From contig CDROCS010001209.1 in NCBI GenBank assembly GCA_977020255.1, positions 62,001 to 126,000 of the forward strand: 64,000 nucleotides of DNA, read 5' to 3'. The DNA is from Obrimoposthia wandeli. Taxonomy: Eukaryota. Below, one piece after another: positions 22,493 through 33,942 of the stretch. Position 1 is the stretch's first letter, and the number at the start of each line of letters is the position of its first letter. The notes under the pieces are model-generated. The model was not told where the DNA came from, made no database searches, and saw only the letters and a program-made list of their open reading frames with translations. Both the position numbers and the translations under genes were made by a program.

Positions 22493-22791
22493 GTACTTAA
22501 ATTTTAATCCGTTAGTTCAAATCTATGAGAGAGCTAACTTTTGAATAAAAGATATCAGTTACGACTGATTTTTTTATTGTATATAAGCCAATTTCCCGAT
22601 ATGAATGAAGGCTATTGAAAACGTGATTGTATTTATATAAATATCAATAACGGTAACCATTCAGGAAGAACGGTTATACGTAAGATCGTTGAAAGAAATT
22701 TCACCTGCTATCTTTCTATATAGGTACTTAATATAGGTGCTTACTGTATAGGTACGTAGTGATCGTCGTTTGACAGGGAGTTAGTCTATAG

Positions 22792-23817
22792 ATGTTGTCA
22801 TATTTTCTTCGGCGGATGATGTTAGTCATCCCGACCTTTCTCGGCATTACGCTTCTTATTTTTACAATTACTCGATTTGTACCTGGTGGGCCTGTTGAGC
22901 GCATGCTTGCGAGTATGCAAGCGCAAGGCGATGTTGCCGCATCCATTTCCACCCCAGGGGGAAGCAGCGCGCTTTCTGAAACTCAAATCGCCGAATTGAA
23001 TGCTTTTTATGGTTTAGATAAGCCAGTCTTTGAAGCGTATACCCAATGGCTCGGCAAGCTATTAACATTAGACTTTGGTGAATCAACCCGATATTACGAA
23101 CCTGTATGGGGGATGATAGCCGAACGTTTTCCTGTATCAGCCTTTTATGGTGGAATGACTTTTTTTATTAGTTACTTTATTTCGATTCCATTGGGTTACT
23201 ACAAAGCCATGCGGCATGGGACGATATTTGACTCAAGCTCATCCATTTTAATTTTTGTTGGCTATGCACTTCCCGGTTATGTGGTGGGCGTTTTACTGAT
23301 TACGTTGTTTGGATATCACTTAGAATGGTTCCCGATGGGGGGATTTGTTGATGACGACTTCGATGATTATGAAACGGTTTATGAACAAGTTAAAGATGTT
23401 ATGTGGCATGCCGTGCTTCCTTTGATTTGTTATTTGATAGGGGATTTTGCAACCTTAACAATGACAATGAAAAATAATCTAATGGAAAACCTATCGTCAG
23501 ATTATGTACGTACCGCAATAGCTAAAGGCTTACCCTTCAAAGATGCGGTACGTAAACATGCTTTACGTAATAGTTTAATACCTGTCGCGAGTCATTTTGG
23601 TAACTCTTTGCTTTTCTTTATGACCGGATCATTTTTGATCGAGGTTATCTTTAATATCGATGGCATTGGATTGCTAGGGTACGAATCAATCATTGAGCGT
23701 GATTACCCTGTTGTGATGGGAATTGTAGCTATTAATGCTGTGCTTTTAATGATCGGAAATATTCTTTCTGATATCTGCGTGGCAATCGCCGATCCTCGTG
23801 TAAAGTTTGGAGTGTAA
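22792..23817 (+). CDS. Peptide ABC permease (YejB/OppB-like)
   Basis: 'IPTFLGIT...PGGPVE', EAA 'DYVRTAIAKGL', 'RDYPVVMG', 'DPRVKF'. Confidence 0.92.
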   Translation: MLSYFLRRMMLVIPTFLGITLLIFTITRFVPGGPVERMLASMQAQGDVAASISTPGGSSALSETQIAELNAFYGLDKPVFEAYTQWLGKLLTLDFGESTRYYEPVWGMIAERFPVSAFYGGMTFFISYFISIPLGYYKAMRHGTIFDSSSSILIFVGYALPGYVVGVLLITLFGYHLEWFPMGGFVDDDFDDYETVYEQVKDVMWHAVLPLICYLIGDFATLTMTMKNNLMENLSSDYVRTAIAKGLPFKDAVRKHALRNSLIPVASHFGNSLLFFMTGSFLIEVIFNIDGIGLLGYESIIERDYPVVMGIVAINAVLLMIGNILSDICVAIADPRVKFGV

Positions 23818-24861
23818 ATGATGAAACTGAATCCACTTACACTGAGAAAAATAAAACGTTTTAAAGAAATAAAGCGAGGGTATTTATCCTTCTTAATCTT
23901 ATCTTGCTTGTTGCTTTTATCGCTGGTGGCTGAGGTCTTTATTAATAGTAAGGCGTTGGTGGTGAAATATGAGGGTGACTTTTATTTTCCGGTTATGAGT
24001 GATGTAAGGAAAGGAACAACGTTTGGTCTTTCGTATTTAAAAGAAACGGATTATCGAGAATTACAGCAAGTGTTTGCACAACAAAATAGTGATAATTTTG
24101 TTGTGCTACCGCTCGTGCCTTGGAACCCTTATGAGCAAGATTTTAGCGGTGATTATCCTCCTACAGCACCAAGCTTTGAAGACCAGCATTACCTTGGAAC
24201 AGACACTATTGGGCGCGATATTTTAGCGCGTTTAGTTTATGGCTTTAGAATTGCGATGGGCTTTGCTCTGATGACAATGGTGAGCTCATATGCAATCGGT
24301 GTTGCGGTTGGGTGTGCGATGGGTTTTTGGGGCGGAAAATTTGATTTGATTGCTCAGCGCTTAATAGAAGTGTGGTCAATGGTGCCTTTTTTATATGTCA
24401 TCATGATATTGGTTTCGATTACTCGCCCTACGTTCTCTTTATTTGTAGCCATTAACGTACTTTTTGGTTGGATGGGAATAACTTGGTACATGCGTACGAT
24501 GACTTATAAAGAATCTGCCCGAGAGTATGTGGTGGCAGCTCGAGCACTTGGCGCATCAACATTCCGAATTTTGTTTAAACACATTTTGCCCAATACCATG
24601 GTCATGATTGTGACGTTAGCGCCCTTTACCATTGCGGCAAATATTACTGCATTAACAGCGTTAGATTATTTAGGGCTGGGTCTAATGCCCCCCACACCAA
24701 GCTGGGGCGATTTATTGCAACAAGGAAAATCCAACTTAGATTCACCGTGGATAGCATCGTCAGTCGTAGCTGCTATTGTTATGGTGCTCGTCATGGTGAC
24801 ATTTATAGGTGAAGGTATTCGTGAAGCTTTCGATCCTAAAAAATATACGCGCTATATTTAA
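23818..24861 (+). CDS. Peptide ABC permease (YejE/OppC-like)
   Basis: Long first periplasmic loop 'KYEGDFYFP', 'LGTDTIGRDILARL', 'EYVVAARALG', 'PSWGDLL'. Confidence 0.92.
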   Translation: MMKLNPLTLRKIKRFKEIKRGYLSFLILSCLLLLSLVAEVFINSKALVVKYEGDFYFPVMSDVRKGTTFGLSYLKETDYRELQQVFAQQNSDNFVVLPLVPWNPYEQDFSGDYPPTAPSFEDQHYLGTDTIGRDILARLVYGFRIAMGFALMTMVSSYAIGVAVGCAMGFWGGKFDLIAQRLIEVWSMVPFLYVIMILVSITRPTFSLFVAINVLFGWMGITWYMRTMTYKESAREYVVAARALGASTFRILFKHILPNTMVMIVTLAPFTIAANITALTALDYLGLGLMPPTPSWGDLLQQGKSNLDSPWIASSVVAAIVMVLVMVTFIGEGIREAFDPKKYTRYI

Positions 24862-24880
24862 GGTTCACGTATAAACAAGG

Positions 24881-26716
24881 ATGTTAATAATGAAGAAAAT
24901 AACACTATCCGTATTGGCGATGGTATCTATGTTGGGAGGGGCGTTTGTCAATGCAGCTCCACTACCTGATGATCTTGAATGGATATCAAATGCAAACGAA
25001 CCTATTTTTTCTTCTGAAAACGCACAATTTGGTGGTACGTTTCGAACGTATTTACAAAGCTTTCCTCAGACATTTCGTATTGTTGGTCCCGATTCTAATG
25101 GTAGTTTCAGGCAGTGGTTATTAGATTCTCGCCCTAACTTGGTAAGACGGCATCCTATTACCTATAAATGGATTCCAGAATTAGCTGATGAGTGGGCTTA
25201 TGGTAACGACAATAAGAGTATTTATTTTCGATTGAACCCAAAAGCGCAATGGTCTGATGGTAAGCCCATTACTGTGGATGACTTTAAATATGCCCTTCAA
25301 CTCATGCGATCAAAAGATATTATTGCCCCTTGGTATAATAATTACTACACAGAGCAAGTTGATTCGGTTACTGAGATAGATAAACACACCATAGTGATTA
25401 AATCGGTTCAGCCTAAAAATCGAGAAGATTTAATGACGACGCTCTACGATATTCAGCCAAGACCCGCCCACTTTTATAAGCCCAAAGTTGATAAAAATAA
25501 TGATGGTGTCGATGACAATTTTGTTCGCCTTTATAATTTTAAAGCTGAGCCATCATCAGGGCCTTACTACGTTGATAAAGTGAAAAAAGGTAAGTCGATT
25601 AGGTTTAAGCATGTAGGTAAGGATTGGTGGGGATATTCTAATAAATATTATAAAAATCGTTATAACGTTGAAAAAATTAATATAAAAGTTATTCGTGACC
25701 AAGATATTGCCCGAAAGTATTTTGAAAAAGGGGATCTTGACGCATTTGGTTTAGTGATGCCTTCATTGTGGCACGATAAATCAAATAGCAAACCGTATCA
25801 GAATGGGTACATCAATAAGTTTTGGGGATTTAACCAACTACCTCAGGGCAGTGGTGGAGTATGGATTAATACTGCAAAACCGCATCTTACCGATCTGAAT
25901 GTACGCAAAGGGATTGCCCATGCGATTGATTTTGATGGCATGATTGAAAAGGTTTTACGTGGTGATTATATGCGTAAGCCTAATGGTTTAGGCGTTGGTC
26001 ATGGTGAATATACCAATAATGAGATAAAAGCTGATCAATTTGATCCTCCGTTAGCGGCTGAATATTTTTCTCAAGCCGGTTTTGAACAAATAGGTACCGA
26101 CGGCATAAGGGTAAATAGTAAAGGTGTGCGATTAACCTTTGCGATAACTTACTCAGCGACAGCACATACTCCAAGGGTCGCTTACCTAAAAGAGCAAGCG
26201 AAAGAAGCAGGTTTGGAATTAACCTTGAACTTAGTTGATGGGTCTTCTGCATTTAAATATGTGTTAGAGAAAAAACATGAACTCTCTTTCCATAATATGG
26301 GCACATCTTATATTCCCCAGTATTGGGAGTACTTCCACTCTGACAATGCCAACAAAGCGCAGACCAATAACTTTACCAACTTTAGCTCACCCGCGCTTGA
26401 TCAATTAATCATGTCATACCGTATCGAGTTTGATGTCGAAAAGAAAAGAGCCATATCCCGAGAAATACAGCAGGTTGTGGCCGATGCCAATGTCATCATT
26501 CCTGGTTATATGGTGCCTTATGTTCGTGAAGGTTACTGGCGTTGGTTGAAAGTGCCAAATCAACCGATGACAAAATTAACGAAAGCAATGTTTGATCCTA
26601 TTGGTATATCAACATTTTGGATTGACGAAAAGGTTAAGAAAGAAACCAAATCAGCGATGAAGAAAGGAACGGCATTCGATGCTGTCACCATTATTGATGA
26701 TACCTATAAGCTATAA
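24881..26716 (+). CDS. Family-5 extracellular solute-binding protein (YejA/OppA-like)
   Basis: Signal peptide (start may be 24890), 'GGTFR', 'PELADEW', 'AQWSDGKPIT', 'SGPYY'. Confidence 0.9.
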   Translation: MLIMKKITLSVLAMVSMLGGAFVNAAPLPDDLEWISNANEPIFSSENAQFGGTFRTYLQSFPQTFRIVGPDSNGSFRQWLLDSRPNLVRRHPITYKWIPELADEWAYGNDNKSIYFRLNPKAQWSDGKPITVDDFKYALQLMRSKDIIAPWYNNYYTEQVDSVTEIDKHTIVIKSVQPKNREDLMTTLYDIQPRPAHFYKPKVDKNNDGVDDNFVRLYNFKAEPSSGPYYVDKVKKGKSIRFKHVGKDWWGYSNKYYKNRYNVEKINIKVIRDQDIARKYFEKGDLDAFGLVMPSLWHDKSNSKPYQNGYINKFWGFNQLPQGSGGVWINTAKPHLTDLNVRKGIAHAIDFDGMIEKVLRGDYMRKPNGLGVGHGEYTNNEIKADQFDPPLAAEYFSQAGFEQIGTDGIRVNSKGVRLTFAITYSATAHTPRVAYLKEQAKEAGLELTLNLVDGSSAFKYVLEKKHELSFHNMGTSYIPQYWEYFHSDNANKAQTNNFTNFSSPALDQLIMSYRIEFDVEKKRAISREIQQVVADANVIIPGYMVPYVREGYWRWLKVPNQPMTKLTKAMFDPIGISTFWIDEKVKKETKSAMKKGTAFDAVTIIDDTYKL

Positions 26717-26732
26717 CCATGGGAGAAGTAAT

Positions 26733-27719
26733 ATGCCCCATGAGGTATTACTTGAAGTTAAAAATCTTGGCACTGAATTTACGACTGATGACGGTATTGT
26801 CCGTGTGCTTGATGGCGTTACCTTTACTGTCAAAAAAGGGCAAACCTTAGGAATTGTTGGAGAGTCGGGTTGCGGTAAAAGTGTGACTGCAATGTCAATT
26901 ATGGGGCTGCTTCCTCATCCTTATGGTCGAGTCAATGCTGGAGAGATCCTCTACCGAGGCATAAACGTAGTGGATTTACCTCCAGAGAAGCTTTATGAGA
27001 TACGAGGGAATTGTATCTCAATGATATTCCAAGACCCAATGACAGCATTAAACCCCGTTCATTCGGTTGGAAAGCAATTGTGTGAAGTGCTTGAATTACA
27101 CCGTAAGGATCTCGATAAAAAAGATCGCTTAAAATACGCTATCAAAATGTTAGATAAAGTGGGCATTCCCTCGCCAGAGTTACGAGTTATGGAATATCCG
27201 CATAACCTTTCTGGTGGTATGCGTCAGCGAGTAATGATCGCGATAGCATTGGCATGCAAACCGGATATTTTAATTTGTGATGAGCCAACAACCGCACTAG
27301 ATGTAACTGTTCAAGCTCAAATTCTAGATCTAATGCGAGAGCTACAGCGCGAGACGGGTATGGCGATGATTTTTATCACTCATGATCTTGGTGTTGTCGC
27401 CGAAATCTGTGATGAAGTTGTTGTGATGTATGCAGGGCGAATCGTAGAAACGGCAGATATATTTACATTGTTTGAGAAACCTAAGCATCCTTATACGAAA
27501 GGCTTGTTGAATTCTATGCCTACATTGAGTGCATTACACAAACAGATGTTAGTTACTATTCCTGGTAATGTTCCTTATTTAAATGAAATGCCTGAAGGTT
27601 GCCGTTTTTGCACTCGATGCACTTATGCAACCGATGAGTGCCGTAATACTGTGCCTATCTGGACGCAGCTCGATGGTGAACATAAAGTAAGTTGTCATCA
27701 CTGGAAAGAGGTAAATTGA
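26733..27719 (+). CDS. Peptide ABC ATPase (OppD/DppD-like)
   Basis: [13 protein letters not shown], 'CDEPTTALD', 'HPYT', C-terminal Cys motif; ATG 26733 after GGAG. Confidence 0.93.
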   Translation: MPHEVLLEVKNLGTEFTTDDGIVRVLDGVTFTVKKGQTLGIVGESGCGKSVTAMSIMGLLPHPYGRVNAGEILYRGINVVDLPPEKLYEIRGNCISMIFQDPMTALNPVHSVGKQLCEVLELHRKDLDKKDRLKYAIKMLDKVGIPSPELRVMEYPHNLSGGMRQRVMIAIALACKPDILICDEPTTALDVTVQAQILDLMRELQRETGMAMIFITHDLGVVAEICDEVVVMYAGRIVETADIFTLFEKPKHPYTKGLLNSMPTLSALHKQMLVTIPGNVPYLNEMPEGCRFCTRCTYATDECRNTVPIWTQLDGEHKVSCHHWKEVN

Positions 27720-28720
27720 TGCCAGACTTATTACGCATTGAAAATATTAAACAGCATTTCTATTCTGGCGGCGGTATCTTTCGCAAGGGTTACACTATTC
27801 ATGCTGTCGATGGCGTTAGTTTTTCTGTTAAGCAGGGGGAAACACTTGGCCTTGTGGGGGAGTCGGGCTGTGGCAAAAGTACATTGGGACGTTCTATTCT
27901 AAAATTGTTTGAGCCAACGGCAGGAAAAATATTTTTTGAAGGGCGTGATATTACCCATTTATCAGTTAAAGAAATGCGTTCACTTCGTCAGGAAATGCAG
28001 ATTATCTTTCAAGATCCCACTGAATCTTTAAATTCTCGCCATACCGTTGGAATGATAATAGAAGAACCTTTCATTATTCATGGTATCGGTAAACCTGCAG
28101 AGCGTAAGCTATGGGTCAAAGAGCTTTTAATTAAAGTCGGTTTACCTGAAAGCGCGACAGAACGTTACCCTCATGAGTTTTCAGGAGGGCAGAAGCAGCG
28201 TATTGGGATTGCACGTGCCATTGCATTAAAACCCAAACTCATTATTTGTGATGAGTCGGTCTCAGCATTAGATGTCTCTGTTCAAGCACAGATCTTAAAT
28301 TTATTATTAGAGCTTCAACAAGAAATGAAATTAGCGTTGATCTTCATTGCGCATGATTTATCTGTCGTCAAACATATTTCTGATCGTGTTGCAGTAATGT
28401 ACTTGGGCAAAATTGTAGAACTGGGAAATGCACTTGAGGTATATAACTCTCCACGTCATCCTTATACCCAAGCTTTATTATCCGCGATTCCAGTTGCAGA
28501 CCCTCGAAAGAGAAATACAGATAGAATAATATTAAAAGGGGAGTTGCCCTCACCGATCAATCCCCCTCAAGGTTGCCACTTCCATACACGCTGTCCTTAT
28601 GCGACAGATAAATGTAAAGAGGATAAACCATTATTAGTCGCGAAAGCTGGTGACCATGCAGATGCGTGTCATTACCCTCTAACGAATCAATCAAAGCCTG
28701 AATTTCGTCATCTAGCATAA
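27719..28720 (+). CDS. Peptide ABC ATPase (OppF/DppF-like)
   Basis: GESGCGKS, 'YPHEFSGGQ', 'HPYTQALL', 'GCHFHTRC'. Confidence 0.93.
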   Translation: MPDLLRIENIKQHFYSGGGIFRKGYTIHAVDGVSFSVKQGETLGLVGESGCGKSTLGRSILKLFEPTAGKIFFEGRDITHLSVKEMRSLRQEMQIIFQDPTESLNSRHTVGMIIEEPFIIHGIGKPAERKLWVKELLIKVGLPESATERYPHEFSGGQKQRIGIARAIALKPKLIICDESVSALDVSVQAQILNLLLELQQEMKLALIFIAHDLSVVKHISDRVAVMYLGKIVELGNALEVYNSPRHPYTQALLSAIPVADPRKRNTDRIILKGELPSPINPPQGCHFHTRCPYATDKCKEDKPLLVAKAGDHADACHYPLTNQSKPEFRHLA

Positions 28721-28786
28721 AATAAATGCTTATTTTTACGCTTTGATTAAAAAAAAAGCAGTTGGGTGTTTTTTTTTAATAAATGC

Positions 28787-28820
28787 TTGCAGATTGTTTT
28801 GGCTTCCCTATAATGCGACC
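28787..28820 (+). promoter_or_regulatory. rrn P1-type promoter with upstream A/T tracts
   Basis: TTGCAG-16 bp-TATAAT-GCGACC then CACTGACACGG, as in E. coli rrn P1. Confidence 0.85.
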
Positions 28821-28864
28821 TCACTGACACGGAGCACGGCGCTTAGCCAGCAACCTAGTCAGTA

Positions 28865-28876
28865 TGTTCTTTAACA
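28865..28876 (+). promoter_or_regulatory. rrn antitermination boxA
   Basis: TGTTCTTTAACA; second copy at about 31136 before 23S. Confidence 0.85.
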
Positions 28877-29058
28877 ATTTGACCATGCAATCTGTGTGGG
28901 CACTCGTGAGATTTTAAGTCGAAAGATTTATCAATGAACTGAGTGACCTTAATCATCGCAAGATGACACAGTCAATTTATGCTTCATTCTTCGCAAGAAG
29001 ATGAAACAAGAATATCAGTAAAAATCATTGAGCCGATTCGAAAGAATCAACAGAACTT

Positions 29059-29302
29059 TAATTGAAGAGTTTGATCATGGCTCAGATTGAACGCTGGCGG
29101 CAGGCCTAACACATGCAAGTCGAGCGGTAACAGAAAGAAAGCTTGCTTTCTTTGCTGACGAGCGGCGGACGGGTGAGTAATGCCTGGGGAATATGCCTTA
29201 GTGTGGGGGATAACTATTGGAAGCGATAGCTATTACCGCATAGCGTCTTCGGACCAAATTGGGGGACCTTCGGGCCTCTCGCGCTAAGATTAGCCCAGGT
29301 GG

Positions 29303-29338
<36 letters not shown>

Positions 29339-29347
29339 AACGATCCC

Positions 29348-29430
<83 letters not shown>

Positions 29431-29566
29431 CACAATGGGGGAAACCCTGATGCAGCCATGCCGCGTGTATGAAGAAGGCCTTCGGGTTGTAAAGTACTTT
29501 CAGTCGTGAGGAAGGGTGTGTAGTTAATAGCTGCATGCCTTGACGTTAGCGACAGAAGAAGCACTA

Positions 29567-29605
<39 letters not shown>

Positions 29606-29821
29606 GAGCGTTAATCGGAATTACTGGGCGTAAAGCGCATGCAGGCGGTCTGTTAAGCAAGATGTGAAAGCCCGGGGCTCAACCTCGGAACCGCATTTTG
29701 AACTGGCAGACTAGAGTCTTGTAGAGGGGGGTAGAATTTCAGGTGTAGCGGTGAAATGCGTAGAGATCTGAAGGAATACCGGTGGCGAAGGCGGCCCCCT
29801 GGACAAAGACTGACGCTCAGA

Positions 29822-29881
<60 letters not shown>

Positions 29882-29984
29882 TCTACTTGAAGGTTGTGGC
29901 CTTGAGCCGTGGCTTTCGGAGCTAACGCGTTAAGTAGACCGCCTGGGGAGTACGGTCGCAAGATTAAAACTCAAATGAATTGAC

Positions 29985-30046
<62 letters not shown>

Positions 30047-30102
30047 CTCTTGACATCCAGAGAATTCGCTAGAGATAGCTTAGTGCCTTCGGGAACTCTG
30101 AG

Positions 30103-30134
<32 letters not shown>

Positions 30135-30140
30135 TGTGAA

Positions 30141-30176
<36 letters not shown>

Positions 30177-30229
30177 TCCTTGTTTGCCAGCACGTAATGG
30201 TGGGAACTCCAGGGAGACTGCTTAGGTGA

Positions 30230-30271
<42 letters not shown>

Positions 30272-30429
30272 CTTACGAGTAGGGCTACACACGTGCTACA
30301 ATGGCGTATACAGAGGGCTGCCAACCAGCGATGGTGAGCGAATCCCACAAAGTACGTCGTAGTCCGGATCGGAGTCTGCAACTCGACTCCGTGAAGTCGG
30401 AATCGCTAGTAATCGTGAATCAGAATGTC

Positions 30430-30483
<54 letters not shown>

Positions 30484-30604
30484 GGCTGCACCAGAAGTAG
30501 ATAGCTTAACCTTCGGGAGGGCGTTTACCACGGTGTGGTTCATGACTGGGGTGAAGTCGTAACAAGGTAGCCCTAGGGGAACCTGGGGCTGGATCACCTC
30601 CTTA
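29059..30604 (+). rRNA. rrs: 16S rRNA
   Basis: AGAGTTTGATCATGGCTCAG start, GTGCCAGCAGCCGCGG, anti-SD GATCACCTCCTTA; some deviations at conserved sites. Confidence 0.99.
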
Positions 30605-30696
30605 CCTAAAGATTTATTGTTTGATGCAGTGTCCACACAGATTGCTTGGTCGAAATGTAAAAGAACACGATGTTCTCAACAACATCGAAAAACTAA

Positions 30697-30772
30697 GTCC
30701 CGTTCGTCTAGAGGCCTAGGACACCGCCCTTTCACGGCGGTAACAGGGGTTCGACTCCCCTACGGGACGCCA
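30697..30772 (+). tRNA. tRNA-Glu (TTC)
   Basis: 76 nt cloverleaf, anticodon loop CTTTCAC, CCA. Confidence 0.97.
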
Positions 30773-30800
30773 CTTTCTTTTAATTAAAGAAAGTAAAAAT

Positions 30801-30876
30801 GGGTCGTTAGCTCAGTTGGTAGAGCAGTTGACTTTTAATCAATTGGTCGCAGGTTCGAATCCTGCACGACCCACCA
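30801..30876 (+). tRNA. tRNA-Lys (TTT)
   Basis: 76 nt, anticodon loop CTTTTAA, CCA. Confidence 0.97.
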
Positions 30877-30942
30877 TTTCCTTTCCACGAAGGAAAGCTA
30901 TTTACTTCTGCTTTTTAAAGCGGAAATAAAAAGCAATATCGT

Positions 30943-31018
30943 GGGCGATTAGCTCAGTTGGGAGAGCACCTCCCTTACAAGGAGGGGGTCACTGGTTCGA
31001 GCCCAGTATCGCCCACCA
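30943..31018 (+). tRNA. tRNA-Val (TAC)
   Basis: 76 nt, anticodon loop CTTACAA, CCA. Confidence 0.97.
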
Positions 31019-31388
31019 CTTTCTAAACACTTTTACGATATGTTTGGTTCAATGGCATACGCCGTTGCATCAATTTTTTTCGTTAAAGTCGTTAGAAAGT
31101 GGATTATTTGTCTCTACGGAGATAGAAAAAACACATGTTCTTTAACAATCTGGAAAGCTGACTAGTAAATTGAATCTAAGGATTCAATTACAAATGTATC
31201 TTGCTTCTTTTAATAAGAACGAGATACGAGTTCTCAAAACAAACACATTCAAGTGTCTGTGTTTTTGTCTTCACTTTTTAAAGTGGAAACAAAAGAAGAG
31301 TCCGGCGAAAACAAACCTCTCTTGCTCTTGTAAAAGAACAAGCAGAGAAACCTTGGTTGTTGCCATACGAAACCTCTTGGGGTTGTAT

Positions 31389-32424
31389 GGTTAAGTGACT
31401 AAGCGTACACGGTGGATGCCTTGGCAGTCAGAGGCGATGAAGGACGTATTAACTTGCGATAAGCGTAGATTAGGCAGTAAAAGCCACTTGAGTCTACGAT
31501 TTCCGAATGGGGAAACCCACGTGCATAAGCACGTATCGTTACGTGAATACATAGCGTAACGAGGCGAACCGGGGGAACTGAAACATCTAAGTACCCCGAG
31601 GAAGAGAAATCAATTGAGATTCCGGCAGTAGCGGCGAGCGAACCCGGATTAGCCCTTAAGCAGCATTAGCGTTAGGTGAAGGTACTGGAAAGTACAGCGA
31701 TACAGGGTGATAGCCCCGTAACCGACAACGCTTTTACTGTGAAATCGAGTAGGACGGGACACGTGATATCCTGTTTGAACATGGGGGACCATCCTCCAAG
31801 GCTAAATACTCCTGACTGACCGATAGTGAACCAGTACCGTGAGGAAAGGCGAAAAGAACCCCTGTGAGGGGAGTGAAATAGAACCTGAAACCGTGTACGT
31901 ACAAGCAGTAGGAGCCCACTTGTTGGGTGACTGCGTACCTTTTGTATAATGGGTCAGCGACTTAATTTTAGTAGCAAGGTTAACCGTTTAGGGGAGCCGT
32001 AGGGAAACCGAGTCTTAACTGGGCGTACAGTTGCTAGGATTAGACCCGAAACCAAGTGATCTAGCCATGGGCAGGTTGAAGGTGAGGTAACACTTACTGG
32101 AGGACCGAACCGACTAATGTTGAAAAATTAGCGGATGACTTGTGGCTAGGGGTGAAAGGCCAATCAAACTTGGAGATAGCTGGTTCTCCCCGAAAGCTAT
32201 TTAGGTAGCGCCTCGGACGAATACTACTGGGGGTAGAGCACTGTTAAGGCTAGGGGTCATCCTGACTTACCAACCCTTTGCAAACTCGAATACCAGTAAG
32301 TACTATCCGGGAGACACACGGCGGGTGCTAACGTCCGTCGTGAAGAGGGAAACAACTCCAGACCGCCAGCTAAGGTCCCAAAGTTATAGCTAAGGGAAAC
32401 GATGTGGAAAGGCTCAGACAGCCA

Positions 32425-32458
<34 letters not shown>

Positions 32459-33258
32459 AGCGTAATAGCTCACTGGTCGAGTCGGTCTGCGCGGAAGATT
32501 TAACGGGGCTAAGCTATACACCGAAGCTGCGGCAATATAACTTGTTATATTGGGTAGGGGAGCGTTCTGTAAGCCGTTGAAGGTCAATCGTAAGGTTGGC
32601 TGGAGGTATCAGAAGTGCGAATGCTGACATGAGTAACGATAAAGGGAGGAAAAACTCCCTCGCCGGAAGATCAAGGGTTCCTGTCCAACGTTAATCGGGG
32701 CAGGGTAAGTCGACCCCTAAGGCGAGGCCGAAGGCGTAGTCGATGGGAAACGGGTTATATTCCCGTACTGCTTATAACTGCGATGGGGGACGGAGAAGGC
32801 TAGGTGGGCTTGGCGACGGTTGTCCAAGTTCAAAGGCGTAGGCTGTATTCTTAGGCAAATCCGGGAATACCTCTTTAAGTAGAGAAGGCTGAGACCTGAT
32901 GTCGAGTCACTACGGTGATGAAGCCATTGATGCCATGCTTCCGGGAAAAGCTCTAAGCGATAGGTTATAAGTAATCGTACTCCAAACCGACACAGGTGAT
33001 CAGGTAGAGAATACCAAGGCGCTTGAGAGAACTCGGGTGAAGGAACTAGGCAAAATGGTACCGTAACTTCGGGAGAAGGTACGCTCCTGGCGGTGATGAG
33101 ACTTGCTCTCTGCTGCTGGGAGTCGCAGATACCAGGTGGCTGCAACTGTTTATTAAAAACACAGCACTGTGCAAAATCGAATGATGACGTATACGGTGTG
33201 ACGCCTGCCCGGTGCCGGAAGGTTAATTGATGGGGTTAGACGCAAGTCGAAGCTCTTG

Positions 33259-33356
<98 letters not shown>

Positions 33357-33779
33357 GGCCACGCTGTCTCCACCCGAGACTCAGTGAAATTGAAATCGCA
33401 GTGAAGATGCTGTGTACCCGCGGCTAGACGGAAAGACCCCGTGAACCTTTACTACAGCTTGGCACTGAACATTGACCCTACATGTGTAGGATAGGTGGGA
33501 GACTATGAAATACGGGCGCTAGTTCGTATGGAGTCGTCCTTGAAATACCACCCTTGTATGCTTGATGTTCTAACGTTGGCCCCTTTATCGGGGTTGCGGA
33601 CAGTGCCTGGTGGGTAGTTTGACTGGGGGCGGTCTCCCCCAAAGAGTAACGGAGGAGCACGAAGGTGGGCTAATCACGGTCGGACATCGTGAGGTTAGTG
33701 CAATGGCATAAGCCCGCTTGACTGCGAGAATGACAATTCGAGCAGGTGCGAAAGCAGGTCATAGTGATCCGGTGGTTCT

Positions 33780-33810
<31 letters not shown>

Positions 33811-33864
33811 AGGTACTCCGGGATAACAGGCTGATACCGCCCAAGAGTTCATATCGACGGCGGT

Positions 33865-33907
<43 letters not shown>

Positions 33908-33909
33908 TC

Positions 33910-33942
<33 letters not shown>

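Noticed and set aside
22719-22758. Direct repeats as a mini-CRISPR or iteron array
   Set aside because: 12-bp units with 1-3 bp spacers; no cas or rep genes
30217-30228. rRNA errors as a signature of CCGG methylation miscalls
   Set aside because: Two 16S lesions hit CCGG, but other CCGG sites in the same gene are intact and most lesions are homopolymer indels
30605-31388. Glu-Lys-Val tRNA spacer as an unusual arrangement
   Set aside because: A recognised spacer class in Vibrionaceae
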